64,000 nucleotides of DNA from Alphaproteobacteria bacterium (GTDB lineage: Bacteria; Pseudomonadota; Alphaproteobacteria; Rickettsiales; JABCZZ01), in the NCBI GenBank assembly GCA_013288985.1, contig JABDAT010000003.1:4183-68182 (forward strand), written 5' to 3'. Positions within the stretch are counted from its first letter, which is position 1. Each line of letters starts with the position of its first letter. Of the stretch, positions 18,842 to 29,705 are shown one piece after another. Below the pieces are notes generated by a model. The model ran no database searches. It was not told where the DNA came from and worked only from the letters and a program-made list of their open reading frames with translations. A program made the translations under genes and the position numbers.

Positions 18842-19702
18842 ATGCGTATATTGCTGGTGACGGGGCTTTCCGGCGCGGGTAAGTCGGTAGCGCTTAAGAC
18901 ATTGGAAGATATTGGTTGTGAGGCGGTGGATAATGTTCCTCTGTCACTCATTCCCTCGCTTGTAGCTTCCGGCGGCGGCGCTGAGCATTGCCTGGCCATT
19001 GGTGCCGATGCCCGCAGCCGCGATTTTTCACTGGAGCATTTTCACGAGATGCTGCAGGCGCTCAAATCCAACCGTGCTCATGAAGTGCAGGTGTGGTTCT
19101 TTGACAGTGATGATGAAGTGCTGCAACGCCGCTTTACCGAAACCCGCCGCAAACACCCGCTTGCCCTTGATCGCCCGGTGATGGACGGCATTTTGCATGA
19201 ACGCAGCCTGCTGGCTCCTCTGCGCGATGTGGCGGATGTTACATTTGATACAAGTGAATGGACTGGCGGTGATTTGCGCCATGCCATACGCGAATATTAT
19301 GGCAATGAAAACCGGGCTTTATCGGTGTTTGTGACCTCTTTTTCCTTTAAACGCGGCTTACCCCGCGATGCAGACATGGTATTTGACGTCCGGTTCTTAC
19401 GAAATCCTTTTTACGATGAACAATTGCGCGATATGACGGGACTCGATGGCCCCATTGCCAGGTTTGTCGAATCTGATCCTGGATTTTTTAGTTTTTTCAA
19501 TCAGTTGACACTATTAATTGAACCTTTATTGCCGCGATATCTTCAGGAAGGTAAGAGTTATTTGACGGTAGGAATTGGGTGTACGGGGGGGCGTCACCGC
19601 TCTGTATACGTTGCTGAAAAGCTTGCTGGATTTTTAAAACAAAAAGAGTATAAGGTGGGCATTCGTCACCGCGATCTCGCGGCTGAACACAAGAAAAGCT
19701 AG
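18842..19702 (+). CDS. rapZ: RNase adapter protein RapZ (YhbJ)
   Basis: MRILLVTGLSGAGKSVALKTLEDIG...VDNVP and a C-terminal GCTGGRHRSV block. Confidence 0.9.
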   Translation: MRILLVTGLSGAGKSVALKTLEDIGCEAVDNVPLSLIPSLVASGGGAEHCLAIGADARSRDFSLEHFHEMLQALKSNRAHEVQVWFFDSDDEVLQRRFTETRRKHPLALDRPVMDGILHERSLLAPLRDVADVTFDTSEWTGGDLRHAIREYYGNENRALSVFVTSFSFKRGLPRDADMVFDVRFLRNPFYDEQLRDMTGLDGPIARFVESDPGFFSFFNQLTLLIEPLLPRYLQEGKSYLTVGIGCTGGRHRSVYVAEKLAGFLKQKEYKVGIRHRDLAAEHKKS

Positions 19703-19725
19703 GTCTTACTAAGCTCGGGGAATAT

Positions 19726-20136
19726 ATGATTGGTCTGGTCGTCGTCTCTCACGGAAAACTCGCTTTGGAATTTATTGCGGCTACGGAACATGTGGTTGGC
19801 AAGCAGAAAAATATCAAAGCGGTATGTATCGAACCTGAAGATGATATGGAAAAACGCCGTGAAGATATTCTTGCGGCAGTGAGGGAAGTCGATACGGGAA
19901 GCGGTGTTGCGGTGCTTACCGACATGTTCGGCGGCACGCCTTCCAATCTTGCCATTTCCATCATGGGAAAAGTTCCGGTCGAAGTGGTGGCAGGGATTAA
20001 TCTTCCGATGATGGTCAAACTCGCCACTATCCGTTCTGTGAAACCCTTGGGGGAAGCCGTATTGATTGCTCAGGAAGCGGGCAGAAAATATATTAACGTG
20101 GCAAGTAATCTATTGTCCAAAGAACCTGCAGCATAA
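19726..20136 (+). CDS. PTS EIIA component, mannose family
   Basis: MIGLVVVSHG (phospho-His region) and TDMFGGTPSN. Confidence 0.85.
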   Translation: MIGLVVVSHGKLALEFIAATEHVVGKQKNIKAVCIEPEDDMEKRREDILAAVREVDTGSGVAVLTDMFGGTPSNLAISIMGKVPVEVVAGINLPMMVKLATIRSVKPLGEAVLIAQEAGRKYINVASNLLSKEPAA

Positions 20137-20148
20137 GGTTTTGCTCTT

Positions 20149-20454
20149 ATGGCAGGTGAAACAGAAATCAATGTCTGCCTTGCCAATAAAAAGGGCCTGC
20201 ATGCGCGTGCAGCGGCAAAATTTGTTAAAGTGACGGGCCAGTTTTCTGCACAAGTGGTGGTGGGAAAAGTAGCAGGGGCGGGCGTTATCCCGAATGCGCC
20301 TGTTGTAGAATCCTCCGGCGGTTCCATATTGGGGCTCATGATGCTGGGTGCTGAATGCGGCTCAACCTTGCGCCTGCGTGCAAATGGCGCGCAAGCCGAC
20401 GAAGTCATAGCAGAACTTAAAAAGCTTATTGAGGAGCGTTTCGGAGAAGAATAA
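20149..20454 (+). CDS. ptsH: HPr-family phosphocarrier protein
   Basis: NKKGLHARAAAKFV active-site His region. Length 101 aa. Confidence 0.85.
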   Translation: MAGETEINVCLANKKGLHARAAAKFVKVTGQFSAQVVVGKVAGAGVIPNAPVVESSGGSILGLMMLGAECGSTLRLRANGAQADEVIAELKKLIEERFGEE

Positions 20455-20485
20455 AGTCTTTTTATTCTAAATAAAGGAATCCTCT

Positions 20486-22432
20486 ATGTCCGAAACGCTT
20501 ATTCCGATAGATCCTGCCGTTGCCCGTAATGCGTATATTACGCAAGATGAATATACAAAATTATACAAAGAATCCATAGAGCATCCCGAAGCATTTTGGG
20601 CAGAGCAAGCGAAACGTTTGAAATGGATATCCCCATGGAAAAAAGTAAAGAATACGCGCTTCCAGCCCAATGTTTCCATCCGCTGGTTTGAAGGTGGAAA
20701 GCTCAATGCCAGCGCCAACTGTATTGATAGGCATCTGGCAAAGCATGCCGATAAAACAGCCATACTATGGGAAGGCGATAATCCTTCCGAGTCGCGCCAC
20801 ATCAGTTACCGCGAACTGTATGAGCAGGTATGCAGACTTGCCAATGTACTCGCTGCACATCAGGTCAAAAAGGGCGATCGCGTTACTATCTATATGCCAA
20901 TGATTCCCGAAGCCGCCTATGCGATGCTGGCATGCGCGCGTATTGGCGCAGTGCATTCCGTTGTATTTGGCGGATTCTCTCCTGAGGCGCTGCGCGGGCG
21001 TATAGAAGACTGCCAAAGTGATTTCATCATCACGGCGGATGAAGGGCTGCGTGGTGGTAAAACTATTTCCCTTAAAGCCAATGTGGATGCAGCGATTAAG
21101 AATATATCACAGGTGCGCAAAGTCTTGGTGGTAAAACGCACCGGCGGAAATATCGCATGGCAGATGGGCCGCGATCTTTGGTATCATGACGAAATGGCCA
21201 AAGCCTCAGCCGAGCACACGCCTGCTGTAATGGATGCGGAAGATCCGCTTTTTATTCTTTATACTTCCGGTTCAACAGGAAAGCCCAAAGGCGTATTGCA
21301 TAGCACGGCGGGCTATCTGCTTTATGCTGCCATCACCCATGGATTGATTTTTGACTATCATGAGAATGACATTTATTGGTGCACGGCCGATGTCGGCTGG
21401 GTGACGGGGCATAGTTATATACTCTATGGCCCGCTTTGTAATGGCGCCACTATCTTGATGTTTGAAGGCGTGCCCAATTATCCCGATCATTCGCGCTTCT
21501 GGCAGGTGATTGATAAACATAAAGTGAATATTTTCTATACGGCGCCCACGGCGCTGCGCGCCTTAATGCGCGAAGGTGATGATTATGTGACTGCGACATC
21601 ACGCAAGTCACTGCGTATTCTCGCAAGCGTAGGCGAACCGATTAACCCCGAAGCATGGCTGTGGTATTATAATGTCGTAGGCGATAAACGCTGCCCGGTG
21701 ATTGATACATGGTGGCAGACGGAAACCGGCGGTATCATGATTGCGCCGTTGCCTGGTGCCACAGCCCTCAAGCCCGGTTCTGCAACGTTGCCATTTTTTG
21801 GTGTTCAGCCGGTGATTGTCGATGAGAAAGGCAATGTGCTGGAAGGGGAATGTGAAGGATTATTATGTCTTGCCGATTCCTGGCCGGGTCAGGCGCGTAC
21901 CGTATACGGCGATCATGCGCGGTTCGAGCAAACCTATTTCAGCCAGTTCAAAGGATATTATTTTACAGGTGATGGCTGCAGACGCGATCAGGATGGGTAT
22001 TACTGGATAACCGGCCGCGTGGATGATGTTATTAATGTATCAGGCCACCGGTTGGGCACTGCCGAAATTGAAAGCGCGTTGGTAGCGCACCCACATGTTT
22101 CAGAAGCAGCAGTAGTAGGCGTGCCGCATGATATTAAGGGGCAGGGCATCTATGCCTATGTGACGCTTAAGGCTGATGCATCAGAGAATGAACTGTTGCG
22201 TAAAGAGCTCACCAAATGGGTACGTAACGTTATCGGTCCCATTGCTACTCCCGATTATCTACACTTTACTCCATTGCTGCCTAAAACACGTTCAGGAAAA
22301 ATTATGCGCAGGATATTGCGTAAAATTGCAGAAGGTAGTGATAGTGCGGGTTTGGGAGATACATCGACGCTGGCGAATCCTGATATTGTTAATGAACTTA
22401 TTAAGAACAGATTAAAATGCTTAAATGCATAA
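20486..22432 (+). CDS. acs: acetyl-CoA synthetase
   Basis: AMP-binding motif [11 protein letters not shown], then WWQTETGG and a C-terminal [11 protein letters not shown]. Length 648 aa. Confidence 0.93.
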   Translation: MSETLIPIDPAVARNAYITQDEYTKLYKESIEHPEAFWAEQAKRLKWISPWKKVKNTRFQPNVSIRWFEGGKLNASANCIDRHLAKHADKTAILWEGDNPSESRHISYRELYEQVCRLANVLAAHQVKKGDRVTIYMPMIPEAAYAMLACARIGAVHSVVFGGFSPEALRGRIEDCQSDFIITADEGLRGGKTISLKANVDAAIKNISQVRKVLVVKRTGGNIAWQMGRDLWYHDEMAKASAEHTPAVMDAEDPLFILYTSGSTGKPKGVLHSTAGYLLYAAITHGLIFDYHENDIYWCTADVGWVTGHSYILYGPLCNGATILMFEGVPNYPDHSRFWQVIDKHKVNIFYTAPTALRALMREGDDYVTATSRKSLRILASVGEPINPEAWLWYYNVVGDKRCPVIDTWWQTETGGIMIAPLPGATALKPGSATLPFFGVQPVIVDEKGNVLEGECEGLLCLADSWPGQARTVYGDHARFEQTYFSQFKGYYFTGDGCRRDQDGYYWITGRVDDVINVSGHRLGTAEIESALVAHPHVSEAAVVGVPHDIKGQGIYAYVTLKADASENELLRKELTKWVRNVIGPIATPDYLHFTPLLPKTRSGKIMRRILRKIAEGSDSAGLGDTSTLANPDIVNELIKNRLKCLNA

Positions 22433-22543
22433 TTTTTTCTCCTTGCTAAGACATTTTTAATAATTACCGTGATACAACGCTTGTAAGCGTGGCAAAGTTG
22501 TGTCCACACAATAGTGATCTGATAAAGGGTAATGCGGAAATAT

Positions 22544-22915
22544 ATGAGCAAAAAGATTCTCATCGTTGAAGATAATGATCTCAATCTCAAGCTGTTCAAG
22601 GATCTATTGGAAGCACATGGATATGAAACCGTAGAGATTAAGGATGGCATTGACGCGGTTGCGGTTGTAAAGCGCCATAAGCCGGCACTTATCCTGATGG
22701 ATATACAATTGCCTGAAATATCTGGCCTGGATGTCACCAAGAAAATCAAGGCTGATAAGGAAATAATGCATATTCCTATTATTGCCGTCACAGCGTTCGC
22801 TATGAAAGACGATGAAGAAAAAATCCTTCGTGCGGGTTGTCAGGCCTATATCTCCAAGCCTATTTCCATAGTCAGCTTCTTAGAGACTATCCGTAAATTC
22901 CTAGGTGAGAATTAA
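22544..22915 (+). CDS. divK: single-domain response regulator, DivK-like
   Basis: REC domain only (ILIVEDN...ILMDIQLP...YISKP), located immediately upstream of pleD. Confidence 0.8.
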   Translation: MSKKILIVEDNDLNLKLFKDLLEAHGYETVEIKDGIDAVAVVKRHKPALILMDIQLPEISGLDVTKKIKADKEIMHIPIIAVTAFAMKDDEEKILRAGCQAYISKPISIVSFLETIRKFLGEN

Positions 22916-22918
22916 TTC

Positions 22919-24295
22919 ATGTCCGCATTGGTGCTGGTTGTTGACGATGTGCCTGCCAATGTCAAATTGCTTGAGGTAAAACTCGCCAATGAATATTACG
23001 ACGTCATTGTTGCGAAAGACGGATATGAAGCGCTGAGCCAGGCTCAGCAGCATAAGCCGGATTTAATTCTGCTCGATGTCATGATGCCCGGCATGGACGG
23101 ATTTGAAACCTGCAAAAAGCTTAAAGAAGATGCGGAGCTATCTCATATTCCTGTGGTCATGGTAACCGCACTTTCTGACATTGCCGATCGGGTGCGCGGC
23201 CTGGAGGCAGGCGCGGATGATTTTCTTACTAAGCCTATCAATGATATAGCCCTGTTTTCACGTGTGAAATCGCTGGTGCGCATTAAAGTGCTGCTCGATG
23301 AATTGCGCCTGCGCGATCAAACCGGATTGCAGATGGGTGTGTTGACCGAGGGGCAGAATACCTTCACCCAGGACGTATCGGGTTCAAAAATATTAGTCAT
23401 TGATGATGATGTAATACAGCTCAAGCGTTTAACGGAACGTCTGGCGCAGGATTATAAGATAGAAGGCGTATCCAAGCCAGAAGGAGCAATCAATATTGCG
23501 CTGCACGGTAATTTTGATTTGATTATTGTCAGCACGCAACTGGCGGATACAGACGGGTTGCGTCTTGCCTCGCATTTTAAAAGCCAGGAAGAAACACGCA
23601 GCGTCCCCATACTGATGCTGGTCGACGAAGATGATTCGCGCGCTATGCTCAAAGGGTTAGAGCTGGGCGTGAATGACTATATTATTACGCCGGTGGATTA
23701 TAATGAAATGGCGGCGCGCGTTAAAACCCAGATACGGCGCAAGAAATACCAGGATGCGCTTAAATCCAACTACCAGCAGACTATTTCGCGGGCGATTACC
23801 GACGGGCTTACAGGCCTCTATAACCGCCACTATCTGGATGCCCATTTAGACAATATGGTGCGCCAGGCGCTTAACAATAATAAGCCGCTTTCCCTTATGA
23901 TTATGGATATGGATCATTTTAAGGAGGTAAACGACACTTACGGCCATGATGTTGGCGACCAGGTGCTGAAACAGCTCTCTGATGTTGTTATCAGGACGAT
24001 ACGCAGTGCTGATTTGGCGGCGAGGTTTGGCGGCGAGGAATTTGTGGTGCTCATGCCGGAAACGGATGCAAAACAATCCAAAGAAGGTGCTGAGCGTTTA
24101 CGCAAAGTGGTGGAATCGACCTCATTGAAAGTGACCCATTCCGTCGGGCAGATAAACAAAACGGTAAGTATAGGAATCGCATTTCTCAATGAAATGGGCG
24201 ATTCAGGGCAGGCGCTTTTAAAACGCGCTGATAAAGCGCTATATCAGGCAAAGCATGATGGCCGTAATCGTGTGGTAAGTGCTGACTCTGATTAA
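22919..24295 (+). CDS. pleD: response regulator-diguanylate cyclase PleD (REC-REC-GGDEF)
   Basis: Two REC domains are followed by a GGDEF domain with a GGEEF active site and an RxxD-type region. Confidence 0.88.
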   Translation: MSALVLVVDDVPANVKLLEVKLANEYYDVIVAKDGYEALSQAQQHKPDLILLDVMMPGMDGFETCKKLKEDAELSHIPVVMVTALSDIADRVRGLEAGADDFLTKPINDIALFSRVKSLVRIKVLLDELRLRDQTGLQMGVLTEGQNTFTQDVSGSKILVIDDDVIQLKRLTERLAQDYKIEGVSKPEGAINIALHGNFDLIIVSTQLADTDGLRLASHFKSQEETRSVPILMLVDEDDSRAMLKGLELGVNDYIITPVDYNEMAARVKTQIRRKKYQDALKSNYQQTISRAITDGLTGLYNRHYLDAHLDNMVRQALNNNKPLSLMIMDMDHFKEVNDTYGHDVGDQVLKQLSDVVIRTIRSADLAARFGGEEFVVLMPETDAKQSKEGAERLRKVVESTSLKVTHSVGQINKTVSIGIAFLNEMGDSGQALLKRADKALYQAKHDGRNRVVSADSD

Positions 24296-24316
24296 TGGAA
24301 ACGCCCTAAGCAGCTA

Positions 24317-24607
24317 TCACCGGTATGAATAGTAAAGCAGCGTATCCTGCACAAAATGCATCAGCAGAATAAGAATGATGGGTGAAATATCCAGTCCGCC
24401 TAAATCAGGCATATATTTGCGTATGGGGCGCAACAAAGGCTCCGTAAGCCTGAAGAGCGCAAAGTTCAGCCGCTGCACTATAGGCTGGTGCCGGTTGATG
24501 ATGTTAAATGAGATAAGCCAGCTCATTATGAACCAGGCCCATAATACATAATTATAGATCTGTATAACGGTCAGAAGCAGTTGAATAATCGGGTTTGGCA
24601 TAAGCAT
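24317..24607 (-). CDS. yggT: YggT-family membrane protein
   Basis: Two hydrophobic helices and a TEPLLRPIRK...GGLDISP block. The start is ambiguous (24607 or 24601; the track extends to 24646). Confidence 0.75.
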   Translation of the reverse strand: MLMPNPIIQLLLTVIQIYNYVLWAWFIMSWLISFNIINRHQPIVQRLNFALFRLTEPLLRPIRKYMPDLGGLDISPIILILLMHFVQDTLLYYSYR

Positions 24608-24810
24608 ACTCCACGGCGATTTTGCACTTTCTGTAAGGCTTTGCAATGAGAATTGCGAAACCTCTTATCAGTTCAGATTAATCTGTATTTGTTGCTATAG
24701 CTGTATATCTTTATTATATTTTTAACATATTGCGGCGAAAAGATTTTTAAATAAAGAAATACCTTACCCCCCAGAACAGCAATGCGCATCACAATATTAA
24801 ACGCAAGATT

Positions 24811-25503
24811 ATGCAGGTGATGGGAGCTGATACAAGCGGTGCGCTGCCATCCGTAGAGCTTGCGGTCATTATTGCATGCCGGAATGAGGGTCCTACAATC
24901 GGAAAAATGGTTGCGGAGATTCGCAGAACGATTCCGCAGATTCAAATATGGGTCTTTGATAATTTGTCTACGGACAATACCGCCTCTGCTGCACTTGAAA
25001 ACGGCGCTCAGGTAATACCGATAAACTCCGGGGGAAAAGGATTTGTTATTCGCAGCGGGTTAACGTTGGTCAGGGCAGAATATGTGGTGCTGATTGATGG
25101 AGACGCAACCTATCCTGTTTCCGATATGCCGCGATTGCTTGCGCTTGCCCGTAATCATCAGGATACGATGGTGGTCGGATCACGCATTACCAGCCTTCAA
25201 TCCATGACCCTGATTAGAAAAATAGGAAACTGGATATTCACCTATTTGCTTAAAGTACGTACAGGGGAGAAATTGACCGATGCTCTCTCGGGCTATCGAG
25301 TGCTGCCGCGAAGCCTTATCGATAAATTGCACCTAACGGCGAATGGCTTTGAGATTGAAGTAGAGCTGATATTGGAAGTATTTCGTAATGGCGGAAAAAT
25401 TATTGAAGTTCCAGTGGCATACTATGCACGGGAAAAAACAACGCACTCAAAACTCCATGCATTTCGTGATGGATGGTCTATTTTACTCAGAATTGTCCGG
25501 TAA
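24811..25503 (+). CDS. family-2 glycosyltransferase (polyprenol-phosphate sugar synthase-like)
   Basis: LAVIIACRNE..., DNLSTD and a LIDGDATYP (DxD) block, giving DPM1/ArnC/GtrB-like architecture without C-terminal TM helices. Confidence 0.75.
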   Translation: MQVMGADTSGALPSVELAVIIACRNEGPTIGKMVAEIRRTIPQIQIWVFDNLSTDNTASAALENGAQVIPINSGGKGFVIRSGLTLVRAEYVVLIDGDATYPVSDMPRLLALARNHQDTMVVGSRITSLQSMTLIRKIGNWIFTYLLKVRTGEKLTDALSGYRVLPRSLIDKLHLTANGFEIEVELILEVFRNGGKIIEVPVAYYAREKTTHSKLHAFRDGWSILLRIVR

Positions 25504-25506
25504 AGT

Positions 25507-27378
25507 ATGGAAGCAGGGAAATCAAGAATTTCTGCCGGTTCTCGAACTATTCTGGCTAATCTGGCAGCTGTGGTTGTTAGTGTGTTGTCTGTGGGGTTGT
25601 TTTTATTTTTCTGCCAATTAATTCGCAGCCCCTTGCTCGCCTATACCGGCGGAGCGTTGAGATGGCAGACGGATGCATTTTTTCATGGTGACTTTGCGCT
25701 TAATCGGGCGCCGATCGGAATCATGCATGATCTTGCATGGGCTAATGGGCAACTGTCGCAGGTGTGGGGCCTTGGAGTTCCGGCACTGAGAATGCCGTTT
25801 GAATTCTGCGCACGAATTTTGGGCTTGTCTGCGTTTCCTGATCGCTGGGTATTTGGGTTTTACATACTCCTGGTGCTTGGCCAGGGAGTTCTCTGGGCAA
25901 TGGGCTCGCGGGAAAGCACTACATCCCGGTTCGAGCGGTTCTATATCGTTTTCCTGATGGTATTTTCTGTGCCGCTCGTCCGGATTTGCCGGACGCGGTT
26001 TTTTGTATACGAAGAGGTGGTTGCATACACGATTCTGTACTCTACGGCGCTCTATTTTAGTCTTATCTGCTTTTGGGAAGCGCCTACGCGGAAAAGCTAT
26101 TGGCGGCTTTCGTTTTTAGCGGGATTGGCCGGGTTTCTTCGCCCCACTGCTTTGGCGTATGGCGGAGTAAGCCTTGTATTGGCCGCCATCAAGGGGAAGA
26201 AAGCGGGCTGGGGCGTTAAACCACTGATGGGTGGATTGGGTGCATGGCTTCTGGGATTTGCCATGCTTTTGTGGACCAATCAGATTCGGTTTGGCTCTTG
26301 GCTTGAATTCGGCCACCGGATTAATATCAGCCGGATTCCTGACTCGGCCTATGTAACGCGATTCGAGAATCCGATGCTGTCTGTTTCCTGGCTGCAGTCG
26401 CTGCATGAATTATTGTATGCATTATTTTTTCGCCCCCCTTTAAATGGAGCAGATTATTTCCGTCCGCATTTTTTTCCTGGGCAGGTGAATATATTGCGCT
26501 TCCGGGAGTTTTATTTTTCAGTCTTTGATGAGACGATGCTCATATGGATGCTTATTGCTGCTGTACTCGCATGCTTTCTTTTGGTTTTACGATCCAACAA
26601 AGCTGCTTCTTTGGAGGCAAAGCGCTTGACCATCACCTTTATATGGTCCCTGTGCAGCACGATATTACTGACGGTGTTTTACGTTCGCTATCCTGTCATT
26701 ACTTCGCGTTACTTTGTGGATTTTGCCCCTGCCATGGCGGGTTTTCTGGTAGTGGCCACAGGATTGATGGGCCGGGATTTATGGGGTGATCGGTGGGTGC
26801 GGCTGCGCAAAGGCGGACTGTTTTTATTAATTACAGCATGGTGGATAAGCCAGTGGGCAACGTCGGAATTTTCACCGAATGCGGAAAGTTTTGGCGCTTT
26901 TTCTAAGGAGCAGGCACTTCAATCCATTCAACGTCATGATCCGCGCCCTCTGAAAAACGAGTTAGTCCTGGGTGATGGAAGTTCAGTGGAAGGCGATAAA
27001 TTATTGGCAGAACGATCCTGGGATGCCGAAATCCTTCAGACGCTTGGCTGGAGCAGCCAGACGGGCGCCGTAGAGGACTGTGTTATGATTTTATTTCAGA
27101 ATCCGGGACGAATTATGATTGAGGTCCAGTCTTCAGGAGCTGCCTTGATTCAATCCGATCAACTCAAATCAATTCGGGCAAAAGTTGAAAATGAGTTGCT
27201 TGATGTGGAAAGCATAACACCATTGAAAGATCGATGGAGAATTCAATTCAAACCTCCTGTCCAGGCGGCACATCGCTTTGGAATTCAGACAGTCTATTTT
27301 GCATTCGCCAATGCAGAAATGATTCTGCGGCATCAGCAGATATTTAAGCTTATTCGCATTGTAAATCAGTCTGATTAA
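25507..27378 (+). CDS. large polytopic membrane protein with C-terminal soluble domain, GT-C-like (putative polyprenol-sugar-dependent glycosyltransferase)
   Basis: About 11 or more hydrophobic segments over roughly 450 aa, then a roughly 170-aa hydrophilic domain. It starts 4 nt after the GT2 gene. The family assignment is inferred from architecture and context only. Confidence 0.45.
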   Translation: MEAGKSRISAGSRTILANLAAVVVSVLSVGLFLFFCQLIRSPLLAYTGGALRWQTDAFFHGDFALNRAPIGIMHDLAWANGQLSQVWGLGVPALRMPFEFCARILGLSAFPDRWVFGFYILLVLGQGVLWAMGSRESTTSRFERFYIVFLMVFSVPLVRICRTRFFVYEEVVAYTILYSTALYFSLICFWEAPTRKSYWRLSFLAGLAGFLRPTALAYGGVSLVLAAIKGKKAGWGVKPLMGGLGAWLLGFAMLLWTNQIRFGSWLEFGHRINISRIPDSAYVTRFENPMLSVSWLQSLHELLYALFFRPPLNGADYFRPHFFPGQVNILRFREFYFSVFDETMLIWMLIAAVLACFLLVLRSNKAASLEAKRLTITFIWSLCSTILLTVFYVRYPVITSRYFVDFAPAMAGFLVVATGLMGRDLWGDRWVRLRKGGLFLLITAWWISQWATSEFSPNAESFGAFSKEQALQSIQRHDPRPLKNELVLGDGSSVEGDKLLAERSWDAEILQTLGWSSQTGAVEDCVMILFQNPGRIMIEVQSSGAALIQSDQLKSIRAKVENELLDVESITPLKDRWRIQFKPPVQAAHRFGIQTVYFAFANAEMILRHQQIFKLIRIVNQSD

Positions 27379-27381
27379 TGT

Positions 27382-28470
27382 ATGGATAAAAACCAGAACT
27401 CAGGCTCAGGAAGTCTGCCTTATATTCCTTCGCTGGATGGATTGCGGGCATTGGCAGTGCTGATGGTTATGCTTTACCATGCCTGGCTGCCTGCCTTCCA
27501 AACAGGTTCAATTGGCGTAAATATTTTCTTTGTATTGAGCGGCTATCTGATTACCTGCCAACTGATGCGTGAGTATAGGCGCAGCGGCAGCATCAAATTA
27601 CGCAATTTTCTAATGCGCCGCGTGCTGCGAACATTTCCTGCATTATGGCTTTTGTTGCTTGCAAGCGGAATCACTGTCTTAATCTTGCCCTCCTTTCTTG
27701 GAGGCAGGCCTGTTCTGCATCTCTTATCAGGGCTGTTATTTTTTGCCAATATCCTCCAGTTTAATCATGTTTTTGAAGGGGGATCGGATTTAGGTGCGCT
27801 CACCCATCTCTGGTCTATTTCCCTTGAGGAGCAGTTTTATGTGATCTGGCCTCTTATTCTGACGCCTGTCTTGTGCCGCGAGAAAACAAGAAAATGGATA
27901 GGTCTTGTGCTTTTAGCCGCCTCATTGGTGCTTTTCCTGTTATCGCCATATCATTCCAGCAGAATTTTTACATCCTGGGTTAAAGTTTTCCAGATATGGG
28001 GTGATGGCGCGTCGGGCCTGCTGCTTGGGTGCTGGCTGGCCGTAATGATATGTGGCCGCCCGGCATTGGGGAAGGAACATTTTCTTCAAAGAATCTCTGG
28101 AATCTTTTCTGGAGGATGCAGCCTGATTTTAATCCTTCTTATTGCCCAGGTGCCGTGGAAATTAGGAGATGGCTGGACAGGAACGTGTTCTGCCGTACTT
28201 ACATGCAGCCTGATTTACTCGTTGCTGAAGGAATCGCAGCATTCTTATATAAGTCGTTTTTTAAGTTCAGACATTCTTGTGTGGATCGGCAGGCGCTCCT
28301 ATGGGATTTATCTTTGGCATTGGTGGTGGAACGAAATTGTAAGGGAATGTGGAATCAGCGGGGTCTTTTTTTATTTCATATATGCGGGCGGAACTATAGC
28401 GTGTGCAGCTCTATCCTTTTATTTTGTGGAAGAACCCATGCTCCGTTTAAAGGAACGGTTTCACAGTTGA
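27382..28470 (+). CDS. acyltransferase family 3 (OafA/NolL-like) membrane protein
   Basis: N-terminal LDGLRALAVLMVMLYH motif. Polytopic. WSISLEEQFY block. Confidence 0.8.
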   Translation: MDKNQNSGSGSLPYIPSLDGLRALAVLMVMLYHAWLPAFQTGSIGVNIFFVLSGYLITCQLMREYRRSGSIKLRNFLMRRVLRTFPALWLLLLASGITVLILPSFLGGRPVLHLLSGLLFFANILQFNHVFEGGSDLGALTHLWSISLEEQFYVIWPLILTPVLCREKTRKWIGLVLLAASLVLFLLSPYHSSRIFTSWVKVFQIWGDGASGLLLGCWLAVMICGRPALGKEHFLQRISGIFSGGCSLILILLIAQVPWKLGDGWTGTCSAVLTCSLIYSLLKESQHSYISRFLSSDILVWIGRRSYGIYLWHWWWNEIVRECGISGVFFYFIYAGGTIACAALSFYFVEEPMLRLKERFHS

Positions 28471-29601
28471 GCTCGAAACGATATTGAGTAAAGGTTGGAG
28501 TTCTGCTGGAACAGAAGTAACTGTGGGCGCCAAATCCCCTGACAGTGTAGAAGTTGTTCTGAATTTTCTATGTCGGAACCGGGCGATAGGGTGTTCTATA
28601 AGCAATATCATGCAAATGCCCATCACTATGGATAAGGCAATGCTGCTTAAGAGATAGAGGTGCGGATTGGTGATATATTGCCCTAGAAAGGCGATGACTA
28701 GCAAATGGTTCAAATAGACAGGGTATGAGAGTTCTCCTATCCACCTGTCGATATAACTATTGCAGGTGGCGGCATAGACAAAAGGTAAGAAGCAGAAAAC
28801 ACTCAGGATGAGCAGTTCATCTGGTTCGGCAATAAATGCAATTTGTTTATAATTCCATGCTATAAAATAAAATATTCCGGAGACGGCCAAATATTTTTTC
28901 AGCGGGTTCAGCCTGGATGAATCCATAGCGATTCTTGCAGCCAATGCTCCTAGCAGAAATGTATGGATTTCAGCCGGAAAGAAGGCGTTGTACCAAGTGT
29001 TGCTATTATCGTAGCCATGCATTGCCAGAAAAATCTTTATCGCAAAAGAGCATAAGGCAATGATTATAAGTGTGCTTGAGCGCCTTTTAAGAATAAAAGG
29101 CGCCATACAGTAGAAATATAGTTCAATGGCAAGTGACCATGCCTGTCCTACTATTTCCATATTCGACAGCCAATAACTCGGCCGGGTAATATTCGGATCA
29201 AAAGAAAATGACCCGGTATTGTAATGGTATGTCAGAAACCGGACGATACTTTGCCCGACGATAAAAAAATTGGTGACGTAGTAAATAGCCAGCGATGACA
29301 GGGAGTCGTTAATAACCATGTTGATGCAATAGCGATTGCAGCTGGTGCCGCTCCATATCATGGTCAGTATTAATATCAGATAGTAGGTGGGAAAAAGCCG
29401 AAAAATACGGCTCAGGTAAAAATTTCTTTTCCAGTGTTTCTGATGCTCATACTGTGAAATGATGAGCTGAATATAGAAACCGGAAATAACGTAAAATACA
29501 CGTACGGCAAGCTCACCTGATATCAATGTATTGAATTTTTCTATATTGCCAAAGTGGCTGATGAACACAGTGATTGCAAGGAAGAGACGCAGGAGCCCCA
29601 T
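28447..29601 (-). CDS. acyltransferase family 3 membrane protein (AT-rich paralogue)
   Basis: LLRLFLAITVFISHF..., an AWSLAIELYFY block, polytopic. I start at the ATG at 29601; the track TTG is at 29637. The 3' end overlaps the convergent AT3 gene by 24 nt. Confidence 0.7.
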   Translation of the reverse strand: MGLLRLFLAITVFISHFGNIEKFNTLISGELAVRVFYVISGFYIQLIISQYEHQKHWKRNFYLSRIFRLFPTYYLILILTMIWSGTSCNRYCINMVINDSLSSLAIYYVTNFFIVGQSIVRFLTYHYNTGSFSFDPNITRPSYWLSNMEIVGQAWSLAIELYFYCMAPFILKRRSSTLIIIALCSFAIKIFLAMHGYDNSNTWYNAFFPAEIHTFLLGALAARIAMDSSRLNPLKKYLAVSGIFYFIAWNYKQIAFIAEPDELLILSVFCFLPFVYAATCNSYIDRWIGELSYPVYLNHLLVIAFLGQYITNPHLYLLSSIALSIVMGICMILLIEHPIARFRHRKFRTTSTLSGDLAPTVTSVPAELQPLLNIVSSSTVKPFL

Positions 29602-29705
29602 GTATTTCCTGATTGTAAATAACAATAACCGTCCCAAATTAATACTAACGCAGAGGTTGTGTCAAGCCTATGGATTCACGAGTAATATAATGGGATAGCG
29701 AGGCT

